A DNA stretch of 64,000 bases from Octopus vulgaris (GCA_951406725.2 OX597818.1:8122001-8186000), one strand, 5' to 3'; counted from the stretch's first letter, positions 40,173 through 55,010 are shown. Notes: generated by a model from the letters alone, not told the origin. Made by a program: numbers and translations.

Positions 40173-40318
40173 TTATTATTGTCATTATCATCACTATTAC
40201 CATCACTATCATCATTATCACCACCATCACCATCATCATTATCATCATCACCATCACCATCACCACCATCATCATCAATGATATTGTTTTATGTGTAGTC
40301 ACACCAGTATCATTATTA

Positions 40319-40422
<104 letters not shown>

Positions 40423-40980
40423 GAGTGAGAGAGCAGTGCATGCCATCAAAGTGACACTGGGGCAAAATATACGAAGCCCAGTATACCCATCATGACTACC
40501 CGTCTGATAAGGGTACACCAGGCACATGCATCACAACAATATGTGCGCAACATGGTGATCTCATATCAAAATAAACAGCACATTACCTTGCAGGTGGGGT
40601 CCAGTTAGAATTTTCTTCAGGTCGAGTAACCCATCCCACTCGAAATGTCTCTGAATAAGGGTTGTTTAAGGATGTTGAACGAAACACCCATGTTTCCAGA
40701 GGTGAATTATTCAAACCCCAAAGAATCCTTCTCAACACATGGCTATGATGCTCCCCCACTACTTCTGCTCGTGATCAGAGATGCACATATCGTCAGCCAC
40801 TAAGGGACATGCTCAACCGGTAAAAGTCAAACAACTGACAAGCAAATCTGTGGTATTGAGCAGAATATTTGCTGTAGCCCATCTTTTATACCAAGACAAA
40901 ACAATGTACATGATAACACTTCCAATCAGTTAAGATCAGAAGCCATGAGAGCCACTGCCTGGTACTGCATCAGGGCATTT
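40423..40980 (-). mobile_element. 558-bp non-coding (ATT)n-embedded element, copy 1
   Basis: Same length and ends as 42050-42607; flanked by (ATT)n; no ORF, TIR or Pol III boxes seen. Strand inferred from neighbours and from the truncation in copy 3. Confidence 0.88.
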
Positions 40981-41013
40981 ATTATTATTATTATTACTAT
41001 TATTATTATTATT

Positions 41014-41318
41014 CAGTAGTTTTATTTTTATTTTTATATCTGGTCTGTTGGCCTTAATTTCTCTATCTGTGTGTATCGGCATATCCCAGAGTATGGTTGC
41101 TTTCTCGTTTTCTGTGACCTTTTCTGGTGTGTGCCTGTACCATCTTTTTTCTGTTGTTATTCCATAATGTTGGCATAGCTTCCAATGTATGTAGGTTCCA
41201 ACTCTGTCATGTCTGTGAATATATTCCTTCTTAGCCAGGACTGGGCAGCTAGAGATAATATGATTTATTGTTTCTTGTCCATCTCCACATATTCTGCAGT
41301 TACTTGTAATATTTCTTT
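41014..41318 (-). mobile_element. Dong family C fragment, 5'-truncated and internally deleted
   Basis: The terminal ~20 nt (CAGTAGTTTTATTTTTA) are joined directly to the RPDI-coding region. Upstream are CKYCR..ETINHIISSC and RHD motifs. Confidence 0.85.
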
Positions 41319-41374
41319 TCTTCTTCTTCTTCTTCTTCTTCTTCTTCTTCTTCTTCTTCTTCTTCTTCTTCTTC

Positions 41375-41462
<88 letters not shown>

Positions 41463-41465
<3 letters not shown>

Positions 41466-41931
41466 TAGTTTTATTTTTATAGCGTGCTTTCACTTCACTA
41501 CCGAGCGCAGCTCTGTGTGCCTTGGGTATGTGCTGTGATTTGTTGTGATGCTCTGATGGTTATTGTATGGAAAGTGTTCTGCGTAGGATGTGTGCAGTGC
41601 CTAGTAGTGCAATTTTCTGTATGTTATATGTGTTTGTAAGTCCTGGTGTTTTTGTTATGTATTTGTCTGAATATGGTTTTATCGTGCCTAATGCACCTAC
41701 TATGATAGGAATTGCTTCTGTTTTCAGATTCCACATTCTAGTTACCTCTATTTCCAGGTCTTTGTATTTTGAGAGTTTCTCCAATTCTTTTAGAGACACG
41801 TTGTCATCTGCCGGTATTGATACATCAATTAGAAAGCATTTTTTTTCTTCATGATCTCTGACAACTATATCTGGTCTGTTGGCCTTAATTTCTCTATCTG
41901 TGTGTATCGGCATATCCCAGAGTATGGTTGC

Positions 41932-41932
<1 letters not shown>
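41463..41932 (-). mobile_element. Dong family C 3' fragment (RLE C-terminus + 3' UTR)
   Basis: ORF 41560-41913 NRPDIVV..LIDVSIP..KLSKYKDL..LLGTAHILRR; (ATT)n on both sides. Confidence 0.92.
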
Positions 41933-42012
<80 letters not shown>

Positions 42013-42015
42013 TAC

Positions 42016-42049
<34 letters not shown>

Positions 42050-42603
42050 GAGTGAGAGAGCAGTGCATGCCATCAAAGTGACACTGGGGTAAAATATACG
42101 AAGCCCAATATACCCATCATGACTACCCGTCTGATAAAGGTACACTAGGCACATGCATCACAACCGTATGTGCGCGACATGGTGATCTCATATCAAGATA
42201 AACAGCACATGACCTTGCAGGTGGAGCCCAGTTAGAATTTTCTTCAGATCGAGTAACCCATCCCGCTCAAAAGGTCCCTGAATAAGGGTTGTTTAAGGAC
42301 GTTGAACGAAACACCCATGTTTCCAGAGGTGAATTATTCAAACCCCAAAGAATCCCTCTCAACATATGGCTATGATGATCCCCCACTACTTCTGCTCGTG
42401 ATCAGAGATGCACATATCGTCAGCCACTAAGGGACATGCTCAACTGGTTACGGTCAAACAACTGACAAGCAAATCTGTGGTATTGAACAGAATATTTGCT
42501 GTAGCCCATCTTTTATACCAAGACAAAACAATGTACATGATAACACTTCCAATCAGTTAAGATCAGAAGCTATGAGAGCCACTGCCTGGTACTGCATCCG
42601 GGC

Positions 42604-42607
<4 letters not shown>
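42050..42607 (-). mobile_element. 558-bp non-coding element, copy 2
   Basis: Collinear with copy 1, with scattered substitutions. Confidence 0.88.
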
Positions 42608-42663
<56 letters not shown>

Positions 42664-42682
42664 CATTATTATTATCATTATC

Positions 42683-42774
<92 letters not shown>

Positions 42775-42786
42775 CATTATTATTAT

Positions 42787-45700
42787 TTGTTTATCACAGG
42801 TTTTGTTCGAGCCCCTGGAGTCTTGAATGCGTAGCGGGCTTACTACCATCGGTACTATGTTATTCGTTATTATCAGCTATCTAATACTTTCCTGATTATT
42901 CCGGCTGTTCCAAGGACGTGAAACTTTTGGAAAAGTTTTACTGGGCCCTCTATTCCAATTTCCTTAACATTCCTGTTCACGCCTTCTGATACTGTTCCCA
43001 AGGACCCAACAATAATTGGCACTATCTTCCCCTTCTTCATTTTCCATAGCCGGACTATTTCGTACTTAAGAGGGTGGTATCTGTCTAACTTTTCGCCTTC
43101 CTTCTTGACTATTCGTGGGTCAAAGGAGCATGCAACATCAAATATAGCATGTGTAGTGCACCTTGTCCACCACTACGAAGTTCGGTCTGTTATGATCTAG
43201 CACCTATTATTTTAGAATTTGAAATTCCTGAGGATTTTGCTGGTGTCCGATTCCGTGAAACTCTCTGGTTTATGTTCATACCATGTCTTGCTTCTCTCTA
43301 TCCCCTAATTTTTGCAAAATTTCCAAAGTAGCACACGAGAAAGTCATGTAGTGGTTTTGGGCATGTCTATGGCATACATTCGTTATATGGGTAAAGGTTT
43401 CATCCACGCTATTGCAGATGCAGCACAGTGGAGACAATTGCTCATTCCTCTGGTCGACCCTCCAAATCATAGCCAGAGCTTTCTCCTCCGCTGCCAGTAT
43501 ATTGACCACAGTCCCTTATTTTAGTGTTCCTTTCTTCAGCCAATAGCCACCACTTTTTTCCAGCAACTTTGGTTGTTTCTACATGGAATTGACTGTGCAT
43601 TCCCTTCTTAATAAAATCTTCTTCATATGCTTTTTGTACGTTTTCCTTTGTTTTCCCCGTTTTCTCTGCTCTCAATACTGTCTCGTGCCTAACTCTCAAT
43701 AGAAAGGTTTCCTTACTTTCGGGCAGATATCCCAATAAGCTCTGGAGTGCGATACGCACACAGCCTTCCGCAATTATCGGTACCCTTCCTCTATTTACTC
43801 TCTTCATTAATAGGTGATCAGTATCTGCAATTGGATGTTAAGATCCATGCATCGTTTGGAGATTTTTTGACACCTCGGCCATCTCCATTAGCTCCTCCAC
43901 AGTCCACTTCAGTATTCCCGCGCAATACCGAACTACTTCGACTACGAGCAAGTTAATTGACGAAATTATGTTTCTGACATTCAGCTTTTTGGGTGTAGTG
44001 TTCCATATCTAGTTAGCAACATCCTTGTCTTTCTGTCTATGTTGTTTAGTTCGCCTACTGTCCATGCGATTACCCCTGCTCCATGTCTAAGGAGTGAAAC
44101 CGCCAAGGTGTTGATAGCTTCCATCTTATTCCGTCCATTTAATTTCGACTTAAGGATCAGTCTCAGTCTGCGCAAGTACTCCACCTTCAATTTTTCTGCT
44201 ATTTCTTTCTTCATCAATTTATCCATTTTCAAAATCCCCAAGTACTTATAGCTCGACTCTTCTATCTGCTTCATAGCCTCCCCCGACGGTATCGTTAGGC
44301 CACCAATACATTTGATTTTGACTCTCTTCAAGACTAATACACTACGCTTTCTTAGTCCGAACCCCATTCTGATAGCAGCAACTGCAAATATACACGGTAT
44401 CAACGAGGGAACTGACATGGGATTAATCCTTATCATAAAGTGGGTCACATTTTCCACACTCTTTCCACATAGCCTGGATTTCTGGGTGTCAGAAGTTTTA
44501 TAGACGTAATACTTCACTGTATTGGTAGCAAGAGCCTGGTCTTGTGCATCAATGATCAGGTTTTCGGTTGTACGCTTCAAATCACCTCGCTCAAGCCATG
44601 CCCATGATGCTGTATTATCTTTAACGTCCAGTGTATTTCTTTAAAACTGTCCATGCATTATCATTTCAAGAAGGTCTTCTTTTCTCTTCTCCTCAGCTCC
44701 TTGGTTACATTCTCCCTTGCCCATCAATTTATCTGTAATTACACCCATATCTTTCGCTCATATTGCAGCAGCTCTTCACTATTTATCAAATGCTCGGCTA
44801 GTATTCTCCTTTCATCCTTTATAGAATGATCTATACTAATAGCCCTCTGGCACCAATCTTTCACTTCATGTATAGTCTGTTTACGTTTGCTTTAGGGTGT
44901 AGTGCCCAATGCATCGTCATCAAATCTATCGTCCTCCTATCCAGTGTTGATATTTCCTCCTTAGTCAATTTGAGGATGGACGCATTATATCTCACTACCG
45001 CACCTGCCCAGATATTCATTGCGGTAAATCAAATCCCTAAACATCTGTACCCACTATCGTCGGATTCACCCATGGTCTCTCCTGGCGGTAACCGCAATCA
45101 TCTCAAGGATGTTTTCTTCACTCTTTCCATATTTAGTACTAAGATTTCGGTAATCCCAAATTTCATGCCGATGTGCCTAATACAATTCTGGACTATTTTG
45201 GTTAAGGAATCTCTCTGTTTTTTTCAGATTTCCCACACAATTTCAGGTCATTCATAAACAGAATATAGCTCAATGACAGGCCCCTCTTCCCACATAGGTA
45301 ACCCGTCTTAACTTTCCTAAGGGTTATTGTTATGGGTATTAGTACAATTACAAATAGTAACGGAGAAAACATGTCACCTTGGAAGATTCCACTTTTAATA
45401 TTAACTTCAATATACTACTTGAGTACAATTTGGTTTTCCACCCTTTCATGCTATGCATCAGAAGATTTGTGATATTGTCAGCAACATCAAACTTCTGCAG
45501 GTATTCAATAATCCAAGTATGAGGTATCATATCATATGTTTTCTTAAAGTCAATTTAAGTCATAGACATGTTTCTATGATGTTTTTTTACAATGCCTCAA
45601 AACTGTTATATTGATGACCAGTTGATCCTTGCTACTCTCACGATTCTTCCTAAATCCATTTTGTTCTCTTGGCATAATTTCTAACTGTGCCAAGAGTGTA

Positions 45701-45895
45701 TATGTCTTTGCCGCACATATTCCAGTGAGTATCTTCCAGATTATGTTTAGGCAAGCTATGGGACGGTAGTTTCCCACAATGTTTCCCTTTCTTCTATCTT
45801 TCAATATGATGTTTTTCTCCCATTCCACCCGGGGGCTGTACTTTTCTGGACATTTTCATTCAGTTGGGTTGCTACTCTTTCATGTACTGCGTAGC
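42787..45895 (-). mobile_element. Stack of about three older, diverged Dong fragments (junctions ~43980 and ~44400)
   Basis: RLE C-terminus at 42900-43500. The late-RT segment occurs at both 43810-43975 and 43981-44400. AQDQAL..RLC at 44430-44580 and NYRPIACL at ~45760. Confidence 0.8.
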
Positions 45896-45906
45896 ATTAC
45901 TATTAC

Positions 45907-45979
<73 letters not shown>

Positions 45980-45984
45980 GATTG

Positions 45985-46128
<144 letters not shown>

Positions 46129-46131
46129 ATT

Positions 46132-46857
<726 letters not shown>

Positions 46858-47001
46858 ATGTTATTATTATTATAATAATAGTAATAATAATAATAATAAG
46901 AATAAGAATAATAACAACAATAATGATGCTGATAGTGATACTACTACTACTACTACTACTTCTACTACTACTTCTACTTCTACTACTACTACCACCACTA
47001 T

Positions 47002-47048
<47 letters not shown>

Positions 47049-47098
47049 ATACTACTACTAATACTACTACTACTAATAATAATAATTATAATAATTAC

Positions 47099-47144
<46 letters not shown>

Positions 47145-47145
<1 letters not shown>

Positions 47146-47304
47146 TATGTTTGACTTTTGCTTTATATTTGTACAAGTTGGCTCCAAGTCTCACCCAGAG
47201 ACCTCAAGAGACAACAGGGTTGGAAGTTCATGTTGTTGTTATGCCTAGTGTGCCATATATTTGGGGGGTGGGGGTGTTGTACTAATGAATGTCTAAAAAA
47301 AAAA
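47145..47304 (-). mobile_element. Dong family A 3' UTR-only fragment
   Basis: Nearly identical to 33811-33960. Confidence 0.9.
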
Positions 47305-47349
47305 ATTATTATCATTATTATTATTATTATCATCATCATTACTATTATT

Positions 47350-48220
47350 CAGTAGTCTTATGTGCATCACAAGCTTTCCGTCAACTAACGAGCTCAGCTC
47401 TGTGTGTCCTTGTTGCGTACTGTGGTTTGTTGTGATGCTCATATTTTTACTGTATTCAGAATGTTTTACGTAGGATGTGTGCGGTGCCTAGTAGTTCTTT
47501 TTTTTTTGTATGTTATATGCATTTGTTAGTCCGGGTGTTTTTGTTAAGTAGTTGTATGAATATGTTTATCATACCTAATGATCTTACTATGACAGGAATT
47601 GTTTCTCTTTATAGACTACACGTTTGAATTAACTCTGTATCCAGATCTTTGTTTTTTGAAACTTTCTCCGTTTTTTTTAGAGAAACGTTCTCATCTGTTG
47701 GTATTGATACATCAATTTCTTGACAATCTATGATAACTATATCCGGCCTGTAGGCCTTAAATCCTCTTGTCTGTGTGCATTGACATGTCCCATAGTATGG
47801 TTGCTTTCTCATTTTCTATGACTTTTTTCTGACGTGTGCCTATACCATCTTTTTTCTCTTGTTATTCCATAGTGTTTACACAGCTTCCAGTGTATATAGG
47901 TCTCCAACTCTGTCGTGTCTGTGAACATATTCCTTCTTAGCCAGGATTGGGCAGCCAGAGGCAATATGATTTATTGTTTCTTCTTCATCTCCACATATTC
48001 AGCAGTTAATTGTATTTCTTTTCATAGCATGTTTTTGGTAAATTCTGGTGGGAACGTTTTGGTCTTATGCTGCAATTGAAAATCCTTCAGTCTCTGCTTT
48101 GAATCCTGAGCTTCTCAGCATTTGTTGGGATTTTGCTTTCTCTATTTCTTTTCTGTTTCGTTTAACACAATATTTATCCTGAAAGGGCTTTTCTTGATCT
48201 TTTCAGTTGTTTTAGAGATT
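47350..48220 (-). mobile_element. Diverged Dong family C-like 3' fragment
   Basis: Aligns to 41463-41932 and 41040-41318; followed by a long (CTT)n. Confidence 0.85.
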
Positions 48221-48434
48221 CTTCTTCTTCTTCTTCTTCTTCTTCTTCTTCTTCTTCTTCTTCTTCTTCTTCTTCTTCTTCTTCTTCTTCTTCTTCTTCT
48301 TCTTCTTCTTCTTCTTTTTCTTCTTCTTCTTCTTCTTCTTCTTCTTCTTTTCCTTCTTCTTCTTCTTCTTCTTCTTCTTCTTCTTCTTCTTCTTCTTCTT
48401 CTCTCTCTTCTTCTTCGTCTTCTTCTTTTATTAT

Positions 48435-48478
<44 letters not shown>

Positions 48479-48481
<3 letters not shown>

Positions 48482-48616
48482 CAGGCAGTGGCTCTCATGG
48501 CTTCTGATAATAATAATACATTGTTTTGTCTTGGTATAAAAGATAATAATAATAATAATTGAATAATAATATCACGAGCAGAAGTAGTGGGGATCATATG
48601 TGTTGATTATTATTGG

Positions 48617-48657
<41 letters not shown>

Positions 48658-48706
48658 GGGTATTATTACCCCAGTGTCACTTTGATGGCATGCTCTGTCG
48701 CTCACT
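48479..48706 (+). other. Inverted, microsatellite-interleaved mosaic of the 558-bp element
   Basis: Collinear ~8-30 nt pieces of the element separated by (AAT)/(ATT) runs. Confidence 0.8.
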
Positions 48707-48765
48707 AATAATAATAATAATAATAATAATACTAATAATTATTATTATTATTATTATTATTATTA

Positions 48766-48847
<82 letters not shown>

Positions 48848-48849
48848 TT

Positions 48850-49065
48850 AAGGTAATGAGCTTGCAAAGCTGTTAGCAGGCCGGGCCGAATGCTTAGCGG
48901 CATTCGTCCTTCTTTCATGTTTTGAGTTCAAATTCCGCCGAGGTCGACTTTACTTCTCGCCCTTTCAGGGTCGATAAATTAAGTACCAATGAAACACTGG
49001 TTTTGGTGTAATCGACTAGTCCCCTTCCCCAAAATTTAAGGCTTTGTACCTGCAGTAGAAAAGAT
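48850..49065 (+). mobile_element. tRNA-derived SINE (head/core as 26169 copy, different tail)
   Basis: GAGTTCAAATTCCGCCGAGGTCGACTTT..CCTTTCAGGGTCGATAAATTAAGTACC; tail ..GTAGAAAAGATT then (CTT)n. Confidence 0.88.
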
Positions 49066-49127
49066 TCTTCTTCTTCTCCTTCTTCTTCTTCTTCTTCTTC
49101 TCCTTCTTCTTCTCTCTTCTTTTTCTT

Positions 49128-49158
<31 letters not shown>

Positions 49159-49183
49159 TTATTATTATTATTATTATTACTGC

Positions 49184-49245
<62 letters not shown>

Positions 49246-49589
49246 ATAGTAGTATAGTTGATAGGCGTGAGTATTCCTTGCGATTATAATATGTAGTTTA
49301 AATGGGTTACTAATGAGCCATCTAGAAATGGAATTTAAATGAGTTTCTATGCACATGCTTCTGTTTACTCTTAAGTCTTTTCCTTTGTAGACAATACTAT
49401 TATCCAAATTGCTACCCATACCTCTTATGACAATGTTGACATCTGAACAATACCGGGTAATTTTCTTGCACGAATACATGTTGGGTCACTCTGCCACTGA
49501 AACTCTACGCAACATGAAGATTTTCTCATAGAAACTGAAAATGTAGAATCTCAAGGTCGTTACAACACCAGTAATTGTATGAGCATCAG

Positions 49590-49900
49590 GAATGTTCATA
49601 GAGTGATCTGAACATTATTTGAGATGTTCCTTGTTTTAACATCTCTACAATTTCCATTTTGGTTAGGTTTTGGAAGGCTACGAAGCACCGGTTGAATCCT
49701 GTTGAGGATTATTCGGTTGATAACTTTGAGTGGGATATTAGACAGTGCAACTCCTCTGTAAGCAGTTTCATTGCTGAATTTACGTGACTCTGGGATTAGT
49801 ATCAAGACAATCACGGACACTGATCTTGACTTTCTTGGTTATGTCTGTACTTCTTCGGAAAATCGTGTACTATTTAATCCTGACTGCACCTCATGATAAC
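49590..49900 (-). mobile_element. RTE-like LINE RT fragment
   Basis: YRGVALSNIPLKVINRIILNRIQPVL..PNQNG. Confidence 0.65.
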
Positions 49901-50179
49901 GTCAAGGTTAATTCCATCAAGGCCAGCAGCTTCAATGAACCAATGAAAGAAAACTATCTCTTAATGAGGAAACTGAAATAGGTTTTTTTCTTATATGGAG
50001 TACATCTATACAAGAAAAAGATTCTCCCATTTGTACGGATATAGCAAAATAGGCGGGAAAATGTAAACACAGGTGCGTAAAAATGTGAACACAGCAATAT
50101 TTATATATGAAAACTGCAAACCTGTGAGTAAAATTTAAGATTTTAATTTCTTAAACATATTTATACAATTTCATATTCT

Positions 50180-50224
<45 letters not shown>

Positions 50225-50299
50225 CAAGACCTCTATATATATGCATATTGCTGTTTTTTCACGGCCTGTTGTAGATGCATCAGGGGAATGCGTTGCATA

Positions 50300-50885
50300 G
50301 TAGATTCCCAAAGAAAGCTTTAGCAAATAGTAATAGTGAGATATGGTAATGGTTGCACAAAAGAAAGGAAGAGGAAGAAAGAAATAGGGAGAGAGCATGT
50401 TGTTATTTGTTAGTAGCTGTATAAGGTTAAGCATTAAGGACTAATTGGATAAAAGCTAAGGCAGATAAAAACTAACTAGATTCCCAATGCAGGTAATGCA
50501 AATGAAAAGAAGAAAGCGTTACACATATAGTAAGTATTGTAGCATACTGTCACACAAGAATACAAGAAAAGACATGACAACCTAGAGAGAGTAATCCAGT
50601 GGGAATTATGTAGAAAGCTAAGATGTGATAAATGGTATAAAGAGGAACCTAGCAAATAACTAGAAAGTAAGAAATATAAGATGCTGTGGGACTTTAGCAT
50701 TTAGACTTACAGAGTAAAAGAAGGTAGAAAGCCTGGTTTAGTAGTAATAGATAAAGAGAATAGAAAGTACCACAGAATTTACTTAACCGTCCTAGATGAT
50801 GAAAATAATAGAAAATATAGCAAATACCATGCCCTAGCTATTGAACTACATAGACTATGGAAAGTGCGGGTTAAATGTATCATAT
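50300..50885 (+). mobile_element. Decayed R4/Dong RLE fragment (opposite strand to the array)
   Basis: RHDNLERVIQWELC..KWY..MLWDFSI..KPGLVVIDK..KY..LAIELHRLWK. Confidence 0.75.
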
Positions 50886-52869
50886 CTGATCTGCTTCTCT
50901 TCCTGTCGTTCCGCTACTCTCTCATGACCCGGACATGCAATATAAACGATTAAGAAGCTTTGTTCCTTTCGCTTTATTCTCAACCACTATATGCGACTTT
51001 CCACATTGGGTCATTACGTACGAGGGTATGCTTACCGTGTCATTCTCATTTACCTCTTGTATTTGCTCATTACAAGTCTCTACCCTATCCGGTCTATATT
51101 TACCACACAGTCACTGTACTACTTTTACTTGGTTGCACATCAGGTGGCTGCTGTTGACCTGTTTTGTACAGCAGTAGCACTTTCTCCTGCGTCAAACATA
51201 TGAATAACTCAGAACTCATTGACATAGGTGCCTAGGCGATTGCATTTGCGTTTGCAGACAAATGGCCAATATCCTTTTTAAATAGAGTTGATGGCCAGTT
51301 AAGAGATATCTAAAAAAAAGGCAGTTGAGTTCCACAAAACATTCAACACTAGAGCCTCCACAGCAAGGACAGCGTATGGTTGTAACAACAGTAGAAGCCG
51401 CAGATACAGCGAAGGGAACGAAAACAGCAGCAGCACCAAGACTAAAAATAATTGCATTAGCAGCGGCTGATACGGAACAACTGAAGCATGAAAGCTAGGA
51501 AGAAAACCAAAAATAGCAACACAAAAAGCGACAACCACAGCATCAAGACCAAATCGTTATACTTCAGAAAAACTCTAACCAAACATCCTCTATTTCATAC
51601 TCTCTCTTATTACCTCTCCCCTCTCTCTCTCTCTCTCTCACTCTCTCTTTCTCTCTCTCTCACTCTCTGCTTTTGCTTTTCAAGCACAACCATACACATG
51701 GCTACACACAGAAGCATACATCCACCATTACCCGCATTGGATTTTCCGACGTGAAAATGTGGAGAGGAAATGGGGCTAGGAAGTTATAATGTGCAGAGTA
51801 AACCGATAAGTATATAAATAAAGGACACAAATTCTTTTTTAAGTCTAACCCCCCTGAAAACAAATCATATGATCACAGCAGCATGAACCAAGCAAGAGAC
51901 ACATCTATAGCAACAGGAACTCCACTGCACCATCACTAACGACACCTGCAGGAAAAGGAATACAGACACAGGAACAACATCAGTGACAGTCCAACATATA
52001 CAAAAACACATATCCCACCAACATTTTGTGTGGATACGTAAAACGAAACAATAAAATTAGCCTTGTTTATCGCACTTAAGGAAAATATTAAGATATATGG
52101 AGAGATCGTCAGGTATAAATTTATGAAAGTGTCAAAAAATTTGAAATTAATAAGGCAGAATTTAGGTACATATAAGATATTAAGGGGAAGATTCTACAAT
52201 GACGTTGAAAGTCCGAAAGTAAGAGCCAGCTCTTCCCAAAGAACCTCAAAATTTCATGAAATCGGCAACACCAGTCTCTTACAACAAGAAGTGACGAATC
52301 AGAGTCGCTAGTCTCGACAACAATTGGGGCGAGAGCTAAACTTCCTTGAATGGCCGAGCGAGATTGGTGTATGCCTTAATTGCATCTGTAATCTACAACC
52401 GACTGAAATACCTTGTCGCAATTTAGGGCTAATAAGAATACAGGGATTGATATTCCGCTTTTTTGTGAAGGGTCACTTTCCACTATTCAGATGGTTTAGT
52501 TGATGTCAACATTCACTGTGGAAGACTGGTCATGCCATACGGAGACATTCACTGAGGCTACGACATCTCCAGCATTTCGTGGATGTCATTTATATTTTTA
52601 TGTTTATGATTGATTCTAGTTTCAGCTCATGAGTTGTGGCCATGCTGGGGCACCGCCATTTATATTTATATTTATATTTTTATATAATTTACATTTTTAT
52701 TTTTATTTTTTATATTTTTAATCTTTTGCAGGCTGCAGAAACAGGTTAATATTTTCTGGTACCTGATTACAAAGGGGCGTGTATAACTTAATATGTTGGC
52801 AATATAAACTAATTCTTAAAGCGTGATTTAGAGAAAGTAAAAATAAACTCTCAGTTTCTTTGTTTCAGT

Positions 52870-54560
52870 CTCTCCTACGGAGCCATTCAGGCCATAACTC
52901 ACGATTTCTTGCTCATTTTTTCTTCTGAATATCTTCTAATGTTTTCAAAAATTTATCCCGCTTTGATGGGCTTTCCTCTTTTTAAATTCAGCATAAGTTT
53001 GCCCTAGTTCTGTAGCAGCATGTTTAAGTGGTTCTTCATTCTTTGCATGGTAGTGAGATTTCTGAACTTTGCTCCTCATCCACACAATCACAAAGCTCTT
53101 TCCTTCTCGTTTTCATATTCAGGTCCAAAGGATGACATTCACCTTTGAATGAAGCACTCTAGGTATAGTTAGGCCTCTTATCGTTTTTCTGTTTTAGGCA
53201 TCTATTTCATCTTTCGGCAACTTCACTATGCAAGCACTATAAGATGGCAGCTGACCGTATATTGATCCCATTTATCAAATTACTTGAATTATGTTTGGAC
53301 TTTAATCTCTTCCAATATATTGTTTTCACTTCTTCCTTTATTTCCTTATACATAACGCTATCGATTCCTCGCAGGCCTAGATATTTTTATTCATTGTCAT
53401 CAAGTTTTAAAACCCATGTGTTTGATACGTTTGTTTCATTAAAATGAGTCGTATTCTCTATTCTCATTGTTAAAGCCGCACATTTTGATAAACAGAACAC
53501 TATTCCAATATCACTGATATCCACACGAACTGTATTCACAAAGGAACTGGTATATTTTTCAAAGTTTGAATATGTCTTTAAGTCAGCAATGAAAAATAGG
53601 CAATTCAAGAAGGGTGCATTCTTCCTGTTTTATATCCGATGTTACGATTTCTAAGTCACTGAAATATGCAAATAGCATGATAACAAATATGAAGAGGTTA
53701 AAAGCATTAACCAGGAAGATTCATATTTTAATAGCTACACTTCTCAGTGATTTCGTGTTCACTATCATTCCATACTAGCACTGACGATTTCAGTATGTTT
53801 TGGCCATTTCAAAGTCTTCAGGATCTCCATATCTCAATGATGGAGTGCCACATCGTAAGACTTTATGCAGTCCATCCATGTCATATAAAAATGAGTGTTC
53901 TCACATGCACTAAACAGATAATCTTTGCTCACTTTCTGGAGATTTTGTCTTTAAAAAGTAGTAATGCGTCCCACACCAATTGATTATATGTTTTCTCGAC
54001 AAGACTGTTACGTTTAAACACATACACGTTCACAATGTAATGCTTCAGCTCGATTAATTTTGCATAAACGATTTGATTGATATATAAGTTAAGTTTTTTC
54101 CTGCTTTCAATCTTGCTGAAGTATCCCTCTATGTTGTTGTCGCCTGAAATCCATTTTTACCACTCAAGAACTTTTTTTCTTTCTTCTCTGCATGTTTTAC
54201 GACCAAATTTTCACTGATGCCTACAGCAGCAGCTTAGATTAAATTGCAGATGTAACTAACATTTAGAATTTCATATGATTTAATAAATAATTACGCTTTG
54301 GTTTCAACTGGTAGATAATATTGTTAATGTTTCTGAAATTTAATGGCTTTATACTTTCTGAATTATTTAGATGTTCCTTCAACGGTATCACAATGTTTCG
54401 TTTCTCATCTTCACTGATAATGACAAATCTTCCATGGTCGAATCATTTGCTCGTGTTACTTTCAAATGCTTCGTATTGTCATTCGCTTAATCAATGTGCT
54501 TATTGTATGAAATCCTTGATTTCTTGTCAACAAATTTCTTCCATATAGAATTATTGTTTT
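52870..54560 (-). mobile_element. Heavily decayed R4/Dong RT region
   Basis: ORF 53387-53608 LFFIADLKTY..DIGIVFCLSKCA resembles LFYMDDLKLY..DIGMEFGLEKCA. Confidence 0.65.
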
Positions 54561-54599
54561 GTTTTCGTTTAATATTTCATAATTTTATACGATACACTT

Positions 54600-55010
54600 C
54601 TAGCATTAAAGTGCTGGTTTGTTACCAACTTAATGTTGAAGTCCCAGGAAAGGGAAGAATGCTACTACTATTTAGCCTCAGGAAACACCGTTTCCAGTTG
54701 GCTATGTGACACAAAGGTTCTGTGTCCTTATGTTTTCAAACAGGGGAGATAAGTACCTCCACCCAGCAAAGCCAGCTCTCAGGGACTAATTTCGGAGTCA
54801 TTGCTCTTCATCAGTCTAGAGTGTTTGAAAAAAAAGGACACAGAGCGCTTGTGTTACATAGCCAATTGGGAACGGTATTTCCTGGGGCTAAATAGCAGTA
54901 GCATTCTTCGCCTTCATGGGATATTAAGTTGTCAACAAACAATCGTTTTATCGTGCTGCTACAGTATAAGTCTCTCTGAGAGATTTAGAAATGCAATATT
55001 TCTAATTCTG
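54600..55010 (-). mobile_element. Penelope-type foldback with hammerhead in the loop
   Basis: 54600-54742 is the diverged reverse complement of 54822-54960. 54822-55010 is directly repeated at 58625-58820. Confidence 0.75.
54776..54821 (-). ncRNA. Decayed minimal type I hammerhead motif
   Basis: CTCTAGA-CTGATGA-AGAG-CAATGA-CTCC-GAAA-TTAG-TC-CCTGAGAG. Three transitions would restore the stem I and II closing pairs and a CTAG palindrome; GUC site. Confidence 0.7.

Noticed and set aside
40640-40800. Hammerhead in the 558-bp element (CTGAATAA..GAAAC on plus, CTGACGA on minus)
   Set aside because: The core boxes do not come with compatible stems I and II.
43981-44580. 199-aa ORF with RLE-region sequence upstream of RT sequence as a novel domain order
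   Set aside because: Chance in-frame junction (~44400) of two decayed Dong fragments.
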